A program made the position numbers and the translations under genes. Shown piece after piece: positions 1-8,512 of a stretch of 41,144 bases of DNA; the stretch's first letter is position 1, and each line of letters begins with the position of its first letter. Under the pieces are notes generated by a model that was not told where the DNA came from, did not search any database, and saw only the letters and a program-made list of their open reading frames with translations. The stretch is taken from contig JAHQWS010000137.1 of the NCBI GenBank assembly GCA_029856295.1, positions 1 to 41,144 on the forward strand. The letters run 5' to 3'. This DNA is from Promethearchaeia archaeon (GTDB taxonomy: Archaea; Asgardarchaeota; Lokiarchaeia; Sigyniarchaeales; SOKP01).

Positions 1-2
1 GA

Positions 3-245
3 AATAACTCAGAAATATATTTTGAAGTAGTCGATTTAGATGGATTACTTCAAAAATTGAAGAAAGAGGGTATAGAAATAATCCATCCAATAAGAGCGCA
101 TCCATGGGGTCAGAGAGGGTTTAGGTTTTATGATCCTGATTATCATATCATCGAATTTAGCGAACCGATGCTTAATGTCGTTGCTCGTATGTATCAAAAT
201 GGAATGAATATCGAAGAAATTGAGAAGAATATCAATGATGCTTAA
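3..245 (+). CDS. VOC / glyoxalase-bleomycin-resistance fold protein, C-terminal fragment (5' end lies outside the window)
   Basis: The frame is open from the window edge (..EIYFEVVDLDGLLQKLKKEGIEIIHPIRAHPWGQRGFRFYDPDYHIIEFSEP). The F.V.DLD..G..PWG.R.F.F.DPD...IE pattern is typical of the last module of VOC-fold proteins. Confidence 0.7.
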   Translation, partial: NNSEIYFEVVDLDGLLQKLKKEGIEIIHPIRAHPWGQRGFRFYDPDYHIIEFSEPMLNVVARMYQNGMNIEEIEKNINDA

Positions 246-274
246 AGAATTTATAGAGATGGCTATTAAAAATA

Positions 275-967
275 TTAGGAAATAGCGTTATATAAGTTGT
301 CTCCAACAATAGCACCTATTAATACAAAAATAAAGCATAGAATTGTCCCCAGTAATAAATTTATTATCAATTGCTTAGATGTTTCCGTATTATCTTCTTG
401 CGCAGGAGCAAAACAAGCCATCATCGCACCATAAATTCCCATAGCTCCACCACCTAATATTATGATAAAAGCAATATTACCTGAAAAAATAATTTCAATT
501 AAGAATCCCTGGATTGCTCCTAATACAAAAAATTCTCCAGGATTTAATTTTCTTTTAATATGTAATAAATAGATTCCTAAACCAATCCCTAAGAAAACGG
601 GAACCGCAAGTAATAGGTCATGTTCTAAACTTTTCGCTTTTCCTCCTAATCCGCCTCCATTATAATATATGACGGTTTCTTCTATGATAGCAAGAATTAG
701 GATTGCCGGAATATAAATATATTTGAAATTTTCATTGAGAAATGAAGATTTGTGAAATTTTTTAAATAGTAATATTGTGAATAAGAGCCAGAAAACGAGA
801 ATTACTCCCGCGAGAATCGTTTGGGTATGAATTTCTAAGATTCCAGAAAGAAAGAACAGAAACGTGGTTAATAGATAGAGTATTATAATAATTATTATTA
901 ATTTCCGTAAAAATCCCGAATCATTCTCATCATAAAACAATAAATTTTCAAATTTATTTTCAGACAT
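275..967 (-). CDS. Polytopic membrane protein, unknown function
   Basis: 230-aa ORF with about 6-7 long hydrophobic segments and Gly-rich loops (NGGGLGGKAKS, ILGGGAMGIYGA). No recognisable catalytic motif. Confidence 0.6.
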   Translation of the reverse strand: MSENKFENLLFYDENDSGFLRKLIIIIIILYLLTTFLFFLSGILEIHTQTILAGVILVFWLLFTILLFKKFHKSSFLNENFKYIYIPAILILAIIEETVIYYNGGGLGGKAKSLEHDLLLAVPVFLGIGLGIYLLHIKRKLNPGEFFVLGAIQGFLIEIIFSGNIAFIIILGGGAMGIYGAMMACFAPAQEDNTETSKQLIINLLLGTILCFIFVLIGAIVGDNLYNAIS

Positions 968-1252
968 TGAGAATCATTACTTCATGGAATTTAAATAAGT
1001 ATAGTGATCATAAGAGCAGATTTATTATAAATTTACGAGAATTATATCCGAAAACATGTTGAATTTTGAGCAACTCTATTTTCAAGTTGATTTAGAACCT
1101 TTTCAGTTATCTACTGGTTTTGTTATGTAAATTTGGACGTATATGTTAAACTTCTTTGACGCGTATGTTAATAAATTAAGTTAAAATTTAAATTAACTAA
1201 TGGAGTATTAAAATTATCTCTTTAATTAGGAAATAAAGAGGAAAAAAATAGG

Positions 1253-1891
1253 ATGAATACTAAAAATTGGAACCACAAAGCATTTCTTTTTGAAATCTTA
1301 GGATGTAGTGTATATGTTATTCTTATAGTTTTAGCAATGGTGTTCTATCCAGGAGGTACTCCTACTAATCCAAATACTCAGGGTTATTCGTTTTGGGAGA
1401 ATTGGTTAAGTGATTTGGGTCTAATTCAATCATATTCGGGGGAAAATAACATAGTTTCAATGATATTATTTACAAGTGCATTAACTTTTTGGGGCTTATC
1501 TTTAATTCCATTCTTTTTGGCGCTACGATCATTATTTACTGAAAGTCAATTGGAGAAAGTATTTAGCACTATTGGATCTGTATTAGGGGTAATTGCCGGA
1601 ATTGGTTTGGTCGGTATAGCATATACACCTGCTGATATTCTTGGTCTTCTACATATTACATTTGTTTACATTGCATATTTATCCTTATTTGTCTTAGGAA
1701 TACTCTATTCGATAACGTTATTTAAAAGCAAGAGACTCCCAAAGCAATATGCGATTATTTTCTTAATTTGGACTATAATATTTTTCCTTACATTGTCGAT
1801 GGGGATAGTTGGTCAAAAAATTGGGAGATTTTCAACCATAATTAGCTTCGCATATGTCGGATATGGTGCGTGGAAATTAGAAAAAACATAA
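1253..1891 (+). CDS. Membrane protein, DUF998-like (recollection-based call)
   Basis: 212-aa ORF with about 6 TM helices. The N-terminal YPGG...GYSFWENWLSDLG resembles the YPG..S...ISDLG signature I recall for DUF998. A purine-rich stretch (aaagaggaaaaaaatagg) precedes the ATG. Confidence 0.55.
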   Translation: MNTKNWNHKAFLFEILGCSVYVILIVLAMVFYPGGTPTNPNTQGYSFWENWLSDLGLIQSYSGENNIVSMILFTSALTFWGLSLIPFFLALRSLFTESQLEKVFSTIGSVLGVIAGIGLVGIAYTPADILGLLHITFVYIAYLSLFVLGILYSITLFKSKRLPKQYAIIFLIWTIIFFLTLSMGIVGQKIGRFSTIISFAYVGYGAWKLEKT

Positions 1892-1921
1892 TATTTCTTA
1901 TTTTTAAAAACTTTTTTTTTA
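1892..1921. terminator. Oligo-T/oligo-A tract between convergent genes (probable bidirectional archaeal terminator)
   Basis: atatttcttatttttaaaaactttttttttta lies between the stops of 1253-1891 (+) and 1922-3145 (-). Archaeal RNA polymerase terminates at oligo-T runs. Confidence 0.4.
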
Positions 1922-3145
1922 TCATTCTAATTGTCGCTTTGTCAATGTATAAAGCAATCCAAGTATTAAGACAAGAAGTATCGATATAATGAGGATCACT
2001 TGATAAACAGCATTAATTCCCCCAGTATTAAAAAACGGTTCATAAAATGCGGGAACAAGTGCAATTCCGATAAAGTATCCTGCTGTTAAAAGCCCAGCAA
2101 GAGCCCCGCGCCTTTCAGGAGAGAGGATTTGACTGTAATACATAATAGAAGGAAAAAGAATTCCACCAGCAACACCAGCTAATAATAAACAAATACCCAC
2201 ATAAAAAATAATCTCAGAACGGGTGATATCTCCTAAAATTATTAGAAAAGCCGTTGTTAATAATAGTGAGATTAATCCAATTGATAATGTAAACCCTATG
2301 CCCATTCGTTTAATTATATTACCGTTCACGAGTCCTGAAATTGCTCCAGCAATTCCGACTAAACTAAGCAGAATTCCTATAATAGATTCGCTCACAGCTC
2401 CAGTAAAAGCTCTTGAAGTCCAAATAATAATTGCTAAATACGTAAAAGATATTAAAAAAGCCGAAAAAATCATGAGAATTACCGAAGGACGTCGTATTTC
2501 TTGGTCTATATGGGAGAATAGAACACTGAGTCCTAAATTTTCATTTTTTTTTTGAGTGGTTCTTTTTATTGTAAACAATATGATTATACATGCGATAGTA
2601 ATTAAAATAAAAATAATGTATATATAACGCCAGCCAAAATGGACTATCTGTCCCGCAAATAAGGGACCTAAACCAAGACCGATAGCAGCAACGGCTCCCA
2701 AATATCCCATTTTTTTAGGGATTTTCGGTCCTGGGGGAGTTATATCTGTCATTAACGCAATTAAAACAGGATTCACAAAGCCAAATCCAATCCCAGCTAA
2801 AATATTCCCGACAATAAACATCAATAAGGTAAAAGAAATTGCAGCAATGAACCAACCAAATCCAAATATAATAAGACCAAATATCATAACCGGAAATCGA
2901 CCTCTCACATCAGAAATAGCACCAGAAAATAGTTGAATAATTGCAAATGGAACCATAAATGCCGGTATTGCTATTAACAACGCATTTGGGCTCACATTGA
3001 AATCGTTGGAAAGCACTCCAAATAAGACTAAAATAACATTTCCCGTAACGGGCCCGAAGCCAAAAAGAAGGTAGATGATAATTTCAATTAATTTTGACTT
3101 TTTTTGAGGTTCATTTGCCCCCGTTCTACTTAACTCTTGATTCAT
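1922..3145 (-). CDS. MFS transporter
   Basis: About 12 TM segments and an MFS motif-A-like GAISDVRGRFPVMIFG after TM2. I place the start at the ATG at 3145 (MNQELSRTG..) because AGAGGTGA lies 5 nt upstream. The ORF track extends to 3184. Confidence 0.85.
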   Translation of the reverse strand: MNQELSRTGANEPQKKSKLIEIIIYLLFGFGPVTGNVILVLFGVLSNDFNVSPNALLIAIPAFMVPFAIIQLFSGAISDVRGRFPVMIFGLIIFGFGWFIAAISFTLLMFIVGNILAGIGFGFVNPVLIALMTDITPPGPKIPKKMGYLGAVAAIGLGLGPLFAGQIVHFGWRYIYIIFILITIACIIILFTIKRTTQKKNENLGLSVLFSHIDQEIRRPSVILMIFSAFLISFTYLAIIIWTSRAFTGAVSESIIGILLSLVGIAGAISGLVNGNIIKRMGIGFTLSIGLISLLLTTAFLIILGDITRSEIIFYVGICLLLAGVAGGILFPSIMYYSQILSPERRGALAGLLTAGYFIGIALVPAFYEPFFNTGGINAVYQVILIISILLVLILGLLYTLTKRQLE

Positions 3146-3425
3146 TATTTCACCTCTTTGATATTCTCCAAGAATAATCAACAATAAGCAGATTAACCAT
3201 ATAAATCTACTTAAATTCCGTTATTTTTGGCTTTCTTTTTAAGTTAAAACAAACCTTATTTTTTGCAATACAATTGATACCTTAAAGCACCATAACTTAC
3301 AAAAATGTTAATATTACAAAAAAGTTAAATATTAGAATGCCATCATATAATTTGAACTAATGTTTTAGTGAATAATTTGGATTTCATTAAGAAATAACTA
3401 AATTTGGATGTGAAAAGAAAAAGTG

Positions 3426-3569
3426 ATGGAAGTACCAAAACCTGAGGAAAAAGAAAAAAAAAACGACAAAGAAGAAAATATTGCAAATTTAGAGGAATTA
3501 AAAAAATTGATTGAATATTTCAAAGGTTTAGAACATTTACATTCATTTTTTCGGGATTTAGTTCCATAG
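3426..3569 (+). CDS. Small Lys/Glu-rich ORF (47 aa), paralog of the next ORF
   Basis: Hand translation: MEVPKPEEKEKKNDKEENIANLEELKKLIEYFKGLEHLHSFFRDLVP*. It shares the first ~35 nt (atggaagtacca..) and the N-terminal peptide MEVP.P with the ORF at 3621. It is below the ORF-track size cut-off. Confidence 0.3.
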   Translation: MEVPKPEEKEKKNDKEENIANLEELKKLIEYFKGLEHLHSFFRDLVP

Positions 3570-3620
3570 GAAAGTTAAATATTTATAAATAAAAAATAAT
3601 GGAAGAGGAGTAATAAAAAA

Positions 3621-3818
3621 ATGATGGAAGTACCAGTACCTAAAAAAGAAGAAAAAAAAGCAGAAAAAGAAAAAGAGGTTATTAAAAAAGAAGAAAAAAT
3701 AGAACCAAAAAAGGAAAGCTTAGCAGCTAGGATCTTAAATTTACTTTTCGGGTGGCCCCCATACGATCCCGATATCCAAAATATTTCTCTCATTTACAAA
3801 CTAAGTTATTTTTTTTAA
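3621..3818 (+). CDS. Small Lys/Glu-rich ORF (65 aa)
   Basis: MMEVPVPKKEEKKAEKEKE... with N-terminus and 5' DNA similar to 3426-3569. Low-complexity A-rich coding, so it could be spurious. The antisense ORF at 3575-3793 is its shadow. Confidence 0.3.
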   Translation: MMEVPVPKKEEKKAEKEKEVIKKEEKIEPKKESLAARILNLLFGWPPYDPDIQNISLIYKLSYFF

Positions 3819-3872
3819 GAATAATCCCTAATAGCTGTAAGTAGAGAGGTAAAAATTCAATTAAATAGTCCT

Positions 3873-4700
3873 TTAAATAAATTTGATAATCTCATCTACC
3901 ACTTTTTCGGGAATTTCACCATTAATGCCGTGATTTTGCTTTTTAAAGACGACAAGTTTAGAGTGTGGAATGAGCTCATTTAATTCATAACTCCGCGCAG
4001 GAGGTACAAGACTATCTTTATCTCCGGTAAGAATTAGAGTCGGGATTTCCAAATTTTTTAATTGATCTTTTACGTTAAAATTATAAATGAAATTCTCCAT
4101 AGCGGCAAAAATTACCTGTGAGGGGCATTTCATTTTTCCCTCAATTTCCTTTTCTAGATATTCTGGATGCTCTTTTTTAAATCTTAATGTATAAGCGCTA
4201 CGTGCTGTTATAACAAAACTTTCGCGCAGATCTCCCAGCTTCCCACTCTTTAAATCTTCTAAAACTTTCACCATTCCCTCCGAATACATAGTATAGGAAG
4301 TGCTTCCTAATATAAGCTTTTTTATTATATCAGGATATTTTAAGGCAAACACTTGGGAAATCATTCCGCCCATACTATGTCCGTAGACAGAAATTTTGGG
4401 GTATTTATCCAATAGTCCCAACGCTTTTAGTAATAGATAGTTGTCTTCAGCAAATTTCTCTATATTATATGTTTGCTTGGTTGATTCATAATCATCTTCA
4501 AAGATAGGTTTATCAGAATCGCCATGGCCTCTTAAATCTGATCTTAGAACTAAAAATTTCTTAGTTAGTAATGAAAAAATCTCATCATAACCATACATCC
4601 AAGAGCCGTAGCCATGAATTAGTAAAAGAAGACCTCCATCTTCATTGCCTTCTAATTGATAATTGATATTAATATCATTATTTAGCTTTACTATAGGCAT
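3873..4700 (-). CDS. Alpha/beta-fold hydrolase
   Basis: Oxyanion-hole-type HGYGS, nucleophile elbow GHSMGG, a late Asp (GDKDSLVP) and a C-terminal His (QNHGING). Typical length of 275 aa. Confidence 0.85.
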   Translation of the reverse strand: MPIVKLNNDININYQLEGNEDGGLLLLIHGYGSWMYGYDEIFSLLTKKFLVLRSDLRGHGDSDKPIFEDDYESTKQTYNIEKFAEDNYLLLKALGLLDKYPKISVYGHSMGGMISQVFALKYPDIIKKLILGSTSYTMYSEGMVKVLEDLKSGKLGDLRESFVITARSAYTLRFKKEHPEYLEKEIEGKMKCPSQVIFAAMENFIYNFNVKDQLKNLEIPTLILTGDKDSLVPPARSYELNELIPHSKLVVFKKQNHGINGEIPEKVVDEIIKFI

Positions 4701-4809
4701 AATAATAAAAAATGATTTTATTTTTATAAATGTTTTATGGTCAATAATCTTTATTTACTCTTATTCTATTCAAAATATAAATAAATTAGAACTAATTTAA
4801 TAAAATATC

Positions 4810-5946
4810 ATGAATAAAATTAACGATAAGATACATGAAATTTTAGAATCAAGTATAGTTATAGATAGTCTTAGCCACGGTCCCATCTTATGGACAGATG
4901 ATTTGAAAGCGGCCATTACTGAAATGTTATTGAAAGATATGGATCCTTGGAGAATTGTTCAAGATATAATTCTACTATTTGCTCAAAAGATTGTCTCAGA
5001 TAACAATTATTTTAATAAGTATACTGAAGCATGGATAAAATCCGGAGTTTCATGTATTAGTTGGACTGTTGGACCTATATATGAGAGACCATATACTTTC
5101 GATGGTATCATTCATAATTATTCCTTTTTAACACATATTATTGAAAATAGGAATGATTTTTTCCAAAAAGTCTTGAAAGTAAAAGATATAGAAATGGCAA
5201 AAGCACATGGAAAAAAAGGAATCATAATAAATCTTCAAAATTTGGAACCTATCGGTTCAAATCTTGAGATGGTAGATCTTTTTTACATGATGGGTATTAG
5301 AATCGCTCAACTGACATTAAATACTAAAAATCTAATAGGCACAGGTTGTCTTGCCAGAAGGGACAGAGGGTTAACGGATTTTGGATCTGAAGTAATTGAA
5401 CGTATGGAAAGCCTTGGTATGATTGTAGATATTTCTCATTGTGGACCTCAAACAAGTAAAGATGCTGTAGAACATTCAAATAATCCAATTATGGCAACCC
5501 ATACTTCAGCAAAAAATTTATATGATCATCCAAGAGCAAAGGATAATGATTTATTGACAGCTATTGCAGAAAAGGGAGGATATATTGGTGTATTGACTAT
5601 TCAAGGATTTATTAATGAAAAATTAAAACCATCTATAGAAGACTGGCTTGACCATATTGATTATATAGTAAACCTCGCAGGAATTGATCACGTTGGTATT
5701 GGAACTGACTATTTTGGTCACTCACTTCCACATAAATTAGCCGCTAAATTAGACGAATTTTTAAGTAAACTAGGTATGGGACCCGAACATGGGGGATCAT
5801 TTCAGTATAAAATGGAAGGATTCGGGGATTATACTGAATTTCCAAATTTAATCAAAGGATTAATAGATAGAGGCTATAGCGATAACGAAATAAAAAAGAT
5901 CTCTGGAGAAAATTTCCTTCGCGTATTTAAAAAAGTTGTAGGCTAG
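4810..5946 (+). CDS. Membrane (renal) dipeptidase family M19-like metallohydrolase
   Basis: DISHCGPQTSKDAVEHSNNPIMATHTSAKNLYDHPRAKDNDLLTAIAEKGGYIGV matches the M19 core (D.SH....T..D......P.I.SHS.......H.RN..D..L.AIA..GG.IGV). The usual N-terminal DGH.D metal-ligand motif reads IDSLSHGP here. Confidence 0.8.
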   Translation: MNKINDKIHEILESSIVIDSLSHGPILWTDDLKAAITEMLLKDMDPWRIVQDIILLFAQKIVSDNNYFNKYTEAWIKSGVSCISWTVGPIYERPYTFDGIIHNYSFLTHIIENRNDFFQKVLKVKDIEMAKAHGKKGIIINLQNLEPIGSNLEMVDLFYMMGIRIAQLTLNTKNLIGTGCLARRDRGLTDFGSEVIERMESLGMIVDISHCGPQTSKDAVEHSNNPIMATHTSAKNLYDHPRAKDNDLLTAIAEKGGYIGVLTIQGFINEKLKPSIEDWLDHIDYIVNLAGIDHVGIGTDYFGHSLPHKLAAKLDEFLSKLGMGPEHGGSFQYKMEGFGDYTEFPNLIKGLIDRGYSDNEIKKISGENFLRVFKKVVG

Positions 5947-6124
5947 TTGAAGTGAAATATCTATAAAAGCGTTAAAATTTCCATGAAAAAAAAAAATTAA
6001 TGATGTAAATCAAATTTATCGGCTCTACCATTTTTAGAGGGGCTCGTAATTTAATTAATTACAATGTTATTAAAGAGTGTGTACTTTTTCAACCCTTCTA
6101 TAAGATTTTTAGCTAGGCTCTAGT

Positions 6125-7303
6125 TTACATCCTGTCGAAAAACAAGGCCCCATCGATAAATGAAAACGCAATACGCTTTTTCTTTATCCACTCCTCCCCG
6201 AACCTAGAATAATGCTTCCGAAACATATCATTTGATATGATAAATGCGTCTTTTCGCTTGGCATATTGCAGTATAAAATAGTCCGCTTCCGTGCCCCCAG
6301 GCGTTTCATCAAATTCATCTCTCTCTTTTAACGCCTTATATGCGTCTTGATTGTCGATTTTATGATGAAGATTTCTATCACTTAATACTTTAAACTGTGT
6401 TATTCCTAGAGAATGGAGCCTTTCGACTAACTGATAGAGAGTAGAGATCATTGGTCTGTTCTCACTATCCTTAATATCTAATGCGACATTGGCACCATCA
6501 ATTACAAAATAACACTCCTCCGCGTTATAAGGCTCATCGTCAATATAAATAATTTGATCCATACAGTTTTCATAGGCACTCGATGGTTCAATTACTTCAG
6601 TTGGAATAACTCCCTTGATCTCAATAATGCTCTCTGAGGGCACCTTAGCAAGCTCTCTGTGCCCAGAAGTAATGGTATCATTAAAAAAGCTATCTGGATA
6701 TGCTTTCAATTTTTTATAAATGTTATTTATGCGGAGTGCTAAATGATCAAGAAGCGTATCTTTTTCTTCTTGCTCTTTTTGGCTGGAACTATATGCATCT
6801 CCTAATTTCTTGGACTCTTGGGTAAGGAAAAAAGAGATAAATTTGGCAATGTCTTCAAATATCCGAATGTATGAGGCAAGCACCGTTTTTTTTAATTCTT
6901 TTGGAGTGATACTTCCCTGGGTAAACGCGCTTATCGTAGTCTTCAATGCTGTAAGTTCCCGCTTATCAAAAATGATACGCTCCAAAATGTCGTGGATATT
7001 TACTTCTGGAGCAAATTCGCCTGTCGAATCAAGGGATTCTCTATTTTGTGGTATAGCAAGATTATCTTCTGGAAGAATATTCTCTGTCTGCTCTTCATAT
7101 TCAAAGCTAGTAGGTTCTGGAGTAATCTCACTCTCTTCTAAAGCCCGAATCGCATCGTACTGTTCAAAATCATGCTCGTCAATACCCAACTCATTATTAA
7201 AAGTGTTATCCTGAGAAATAATTGTTTTCGATCGCTTGGTAGAGTTAGAATGGGAGCCACCCCAGGTAGTAAGATCCTTTTCTTTTGACATAGAAATGCT
7301 CAA
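6125..7303 (-). CDS. Protein with a C-terminal Zc3h12a/NYN-type (PIN-like) ribonuclease domain
   Basis: The C-terminal ~130 aa (FVIDGANVALD...FKVLSDRNL...EADYFILQYAKRKDAFIISNDMFRKH...WIKKKRIAFSFIDGALFFD) follows the Zc3h12a/N4BP1 pattern (VIDGSNVA...DD.FI...A......IVSND.YRD......RL..YSF....F). The N-terminal 260 aa is acidic and helical with no call. Confidence 0.7.
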   Translation of the reverse strand: MSISMSKEKDLTTWGGSHSNSTKRSKTIISQDNTFNNELGIDEHDFEQYDAIRALEESEITPEPTSFEYEEQTENILPEDNLAIPQNRESLDSTGEFAPEVNIHDILERIIFDKRELTALKTTISAFTQGSITPKELKKTVLASYIRIFEDIAKFISFFLTQESKKLGDAYSSSQKEQEEKDTLLDHLALRINNIYKKLKAYPDSFFNDTITSGHRELAKVPSESIIEIKGVIPTEVIEPSSAYENCMDQIIYIDDEPYNAEECYFVIDGANVALDIKDSENRPMISTLYQLVERLHSLGITQFKVLSDRNLHHKIDNQDAYKALKERDEFDETPGGTEADYFILQYAKRKDAFIISNDMFRKHYSRFGEEWIKKKRIAFSFIDGALFFDRM

Positions 7304-7346
7304 TTTCCATATATAATTATGATTGGTTTAAAAGAAGTACTGACAG

Positions 7347-7364
7347 TTATATATAAAGAAAAAA
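7347..7364 (-). promoter_or_regulatory. T-run + TATA-like promoter box for the NYN-domain gene
   Basis: The minus strand reads TTTTTTCTTTATATATAA, ~45-60 nt upstream of the ATG at 7303. This motif recurs upstream of many genes in the window. Confidence 0.5.
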
Positions 7365-7501
7365 TTACTATTCTTGGACACATTACTTCATTGAACGTAT
7401 ACATGATAGACGAACATGACCCAATAATAAGAAAACTCAATTTTTTCTTTAAATAATTTAGATGATATTAGTATTCTAATAGCTTTCCCTTGCGATGAGC
7501 G

Positions 7502-7921
7502 ATGAGCTTAAGTAGACACAAGCTAAATAATGTTAAGTTAGCAAAAATCACCTTTCGACTCGAAAATGAGCATAATTTCGCCATTATTGAGTTCCAAAAG
7601 AGGAAATCTCAGTTTGTAAACGAATTATCGAGTCTATTATTTACCCATAAAGAAGATAGGGAAATAGCAGTCATTATTTCTGAGTTAATGGTGTTTACTC
7701 TTACTATTCAAGAACGCCATTTTTTAGACAAAGTATATACGACCTCTAAAACTAATGTGTTTACCGCGTTTGAACCAAACGAGTATCTTATCATACTCAA
7801 AAAAATTCATATGCTTCTCTTTCAATCGGGATGCCTATCTGAAAAAGAGAGGCTCAGGTTATATCGCTTAGAGCGGTTTTGCATAAAACGATATTTAAAT
7901 AGTTCTACATCGTTACGGTAA
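7502..7921 (+). CDS. Hypothetical protein (139 aa)
   Basis: Clean ORF diverging from the NYN gene. No recognisable motif. Confidence 0.45.
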   Translation: MSLSRHKLNNVKLAKITFRLENEHNFAIIEFQKRKSQFVNELSSLLFTHKEDREIAVIISELMVFTLTIQERHFLDKVYTTSKTNVFTAFEPNEYLIILKKIHMLLFQSGCLSEKERLRLYRLERFCIKRYLNSSTSLR

Positions 7922-7934
7922 CAGTTTTCCTTTC

Positions 7935-8465
7935 TTATTTTAAAGTATAATAGTCATTTTGTAACGCAATAAGAGAGCCTTTTTGGGTAAACCTGCTCAT
8001 TAATATAGGGATTTCATGTTCAGGAATATGATATTCAGGTGCTATCATTACGATCATATATCTTGGAAACCTATTAAATTGTAAGAAAAGGTCTTTTAAC
8101 AAAGCTCTAAATGCGTCTGCATAGTTAACATCAATTTCATCAGGGTTTGAAAGCTTTTTATGAAGGTCTGGTTGTTCGACAGAGTGCGACGCAATATGAA
8201 AATCATTATTTGCCCTTAAATCCGGCGTATGACCGGTCTTTTGTATCGCTAATGCGTTTTGCTTTTGTTTTACTGCATCGATTGCGCTACTCATTCCATA
8301 CACGATTTCGGTGTTGCCCGGCAATTTAGCCACTTGATGAACTCGATTACACGTAAGACATTTTTTGGTCTTTTGGACGGTTTTTACGTAGAGCATCCTG
8401 CCACATTTAAGACAGGCAAATATATAGTAGGGCGTCTCGTCTTTTTTCCACTTTTTAACTTCCAT
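7935..8465 (-). CDS. Zinc-ribbon protein (DUF1922-like N-terminus) with a C-terminal helical domain
   Basis: MEVKKWKKDETPYYIFACLKCGRMLYVKTVQKTKKCLTCNRVHQV is a CxxC..CxxC ribbon resembling the small archaeal DUF1922 ribbon as I recall it. I chose the start at 8465 because GAGGT lies ~8 nt upstream. The ORF track starts at 8513. Confidence 0.6.
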   Translation of the reverse strand: MEVKKWKKDETPYYIFACLKCGRMLYVKTVQKTKKCLTCNRVHQVAKLPGNTEIVYGMSSAIDAVKQKQNALAIQKTGHTPDLRANNDFHIASHSVEQPDLHKKLSNPDEIDVNYADAFRALLKDLFLQFNRFPRYMIVMIAPEYHIPEHEIPILMSRFTQKGSLIALQNDYYTLK

Positions 8466-8512
8466 ATACATTACCTCTTTAAGATAATAAAAAATTAGAA
8501 AAAAAAATAACA

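Noticed and set aside
2223-2555. Antisense or alternative-frame shadow ORFs inside long genes (2223-2555, 6810-7214, 8147-8329, 8259-8498, 9478-9705, 13512-13724, 14308-14514, 16134-16337, 17535-17753, 18313-18561, 20366-20641, 20848-21048, 22018-22227, 25800-26042, 31369-31623, 32852-33046, 33355-33570, 33773-33955, 34628-34942, 36197-36409, 40086-40268, 40243-40491)
   Set aside because: Each lies within or overlaps a longer ORF that has clear family motifs or better context. They have no motifs, no promoter-like box and no SD of their own.
3575-3793. 72-aa minus-strand ORF overlapping the 3621-3818 small ORF
   Set aside because: It is a Phe/Ser-rich translation of the complement of an A-rich stretch. 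The plus-strand ORF at least has a paralog with the same 5' end, so I kept that one, at low confidence.
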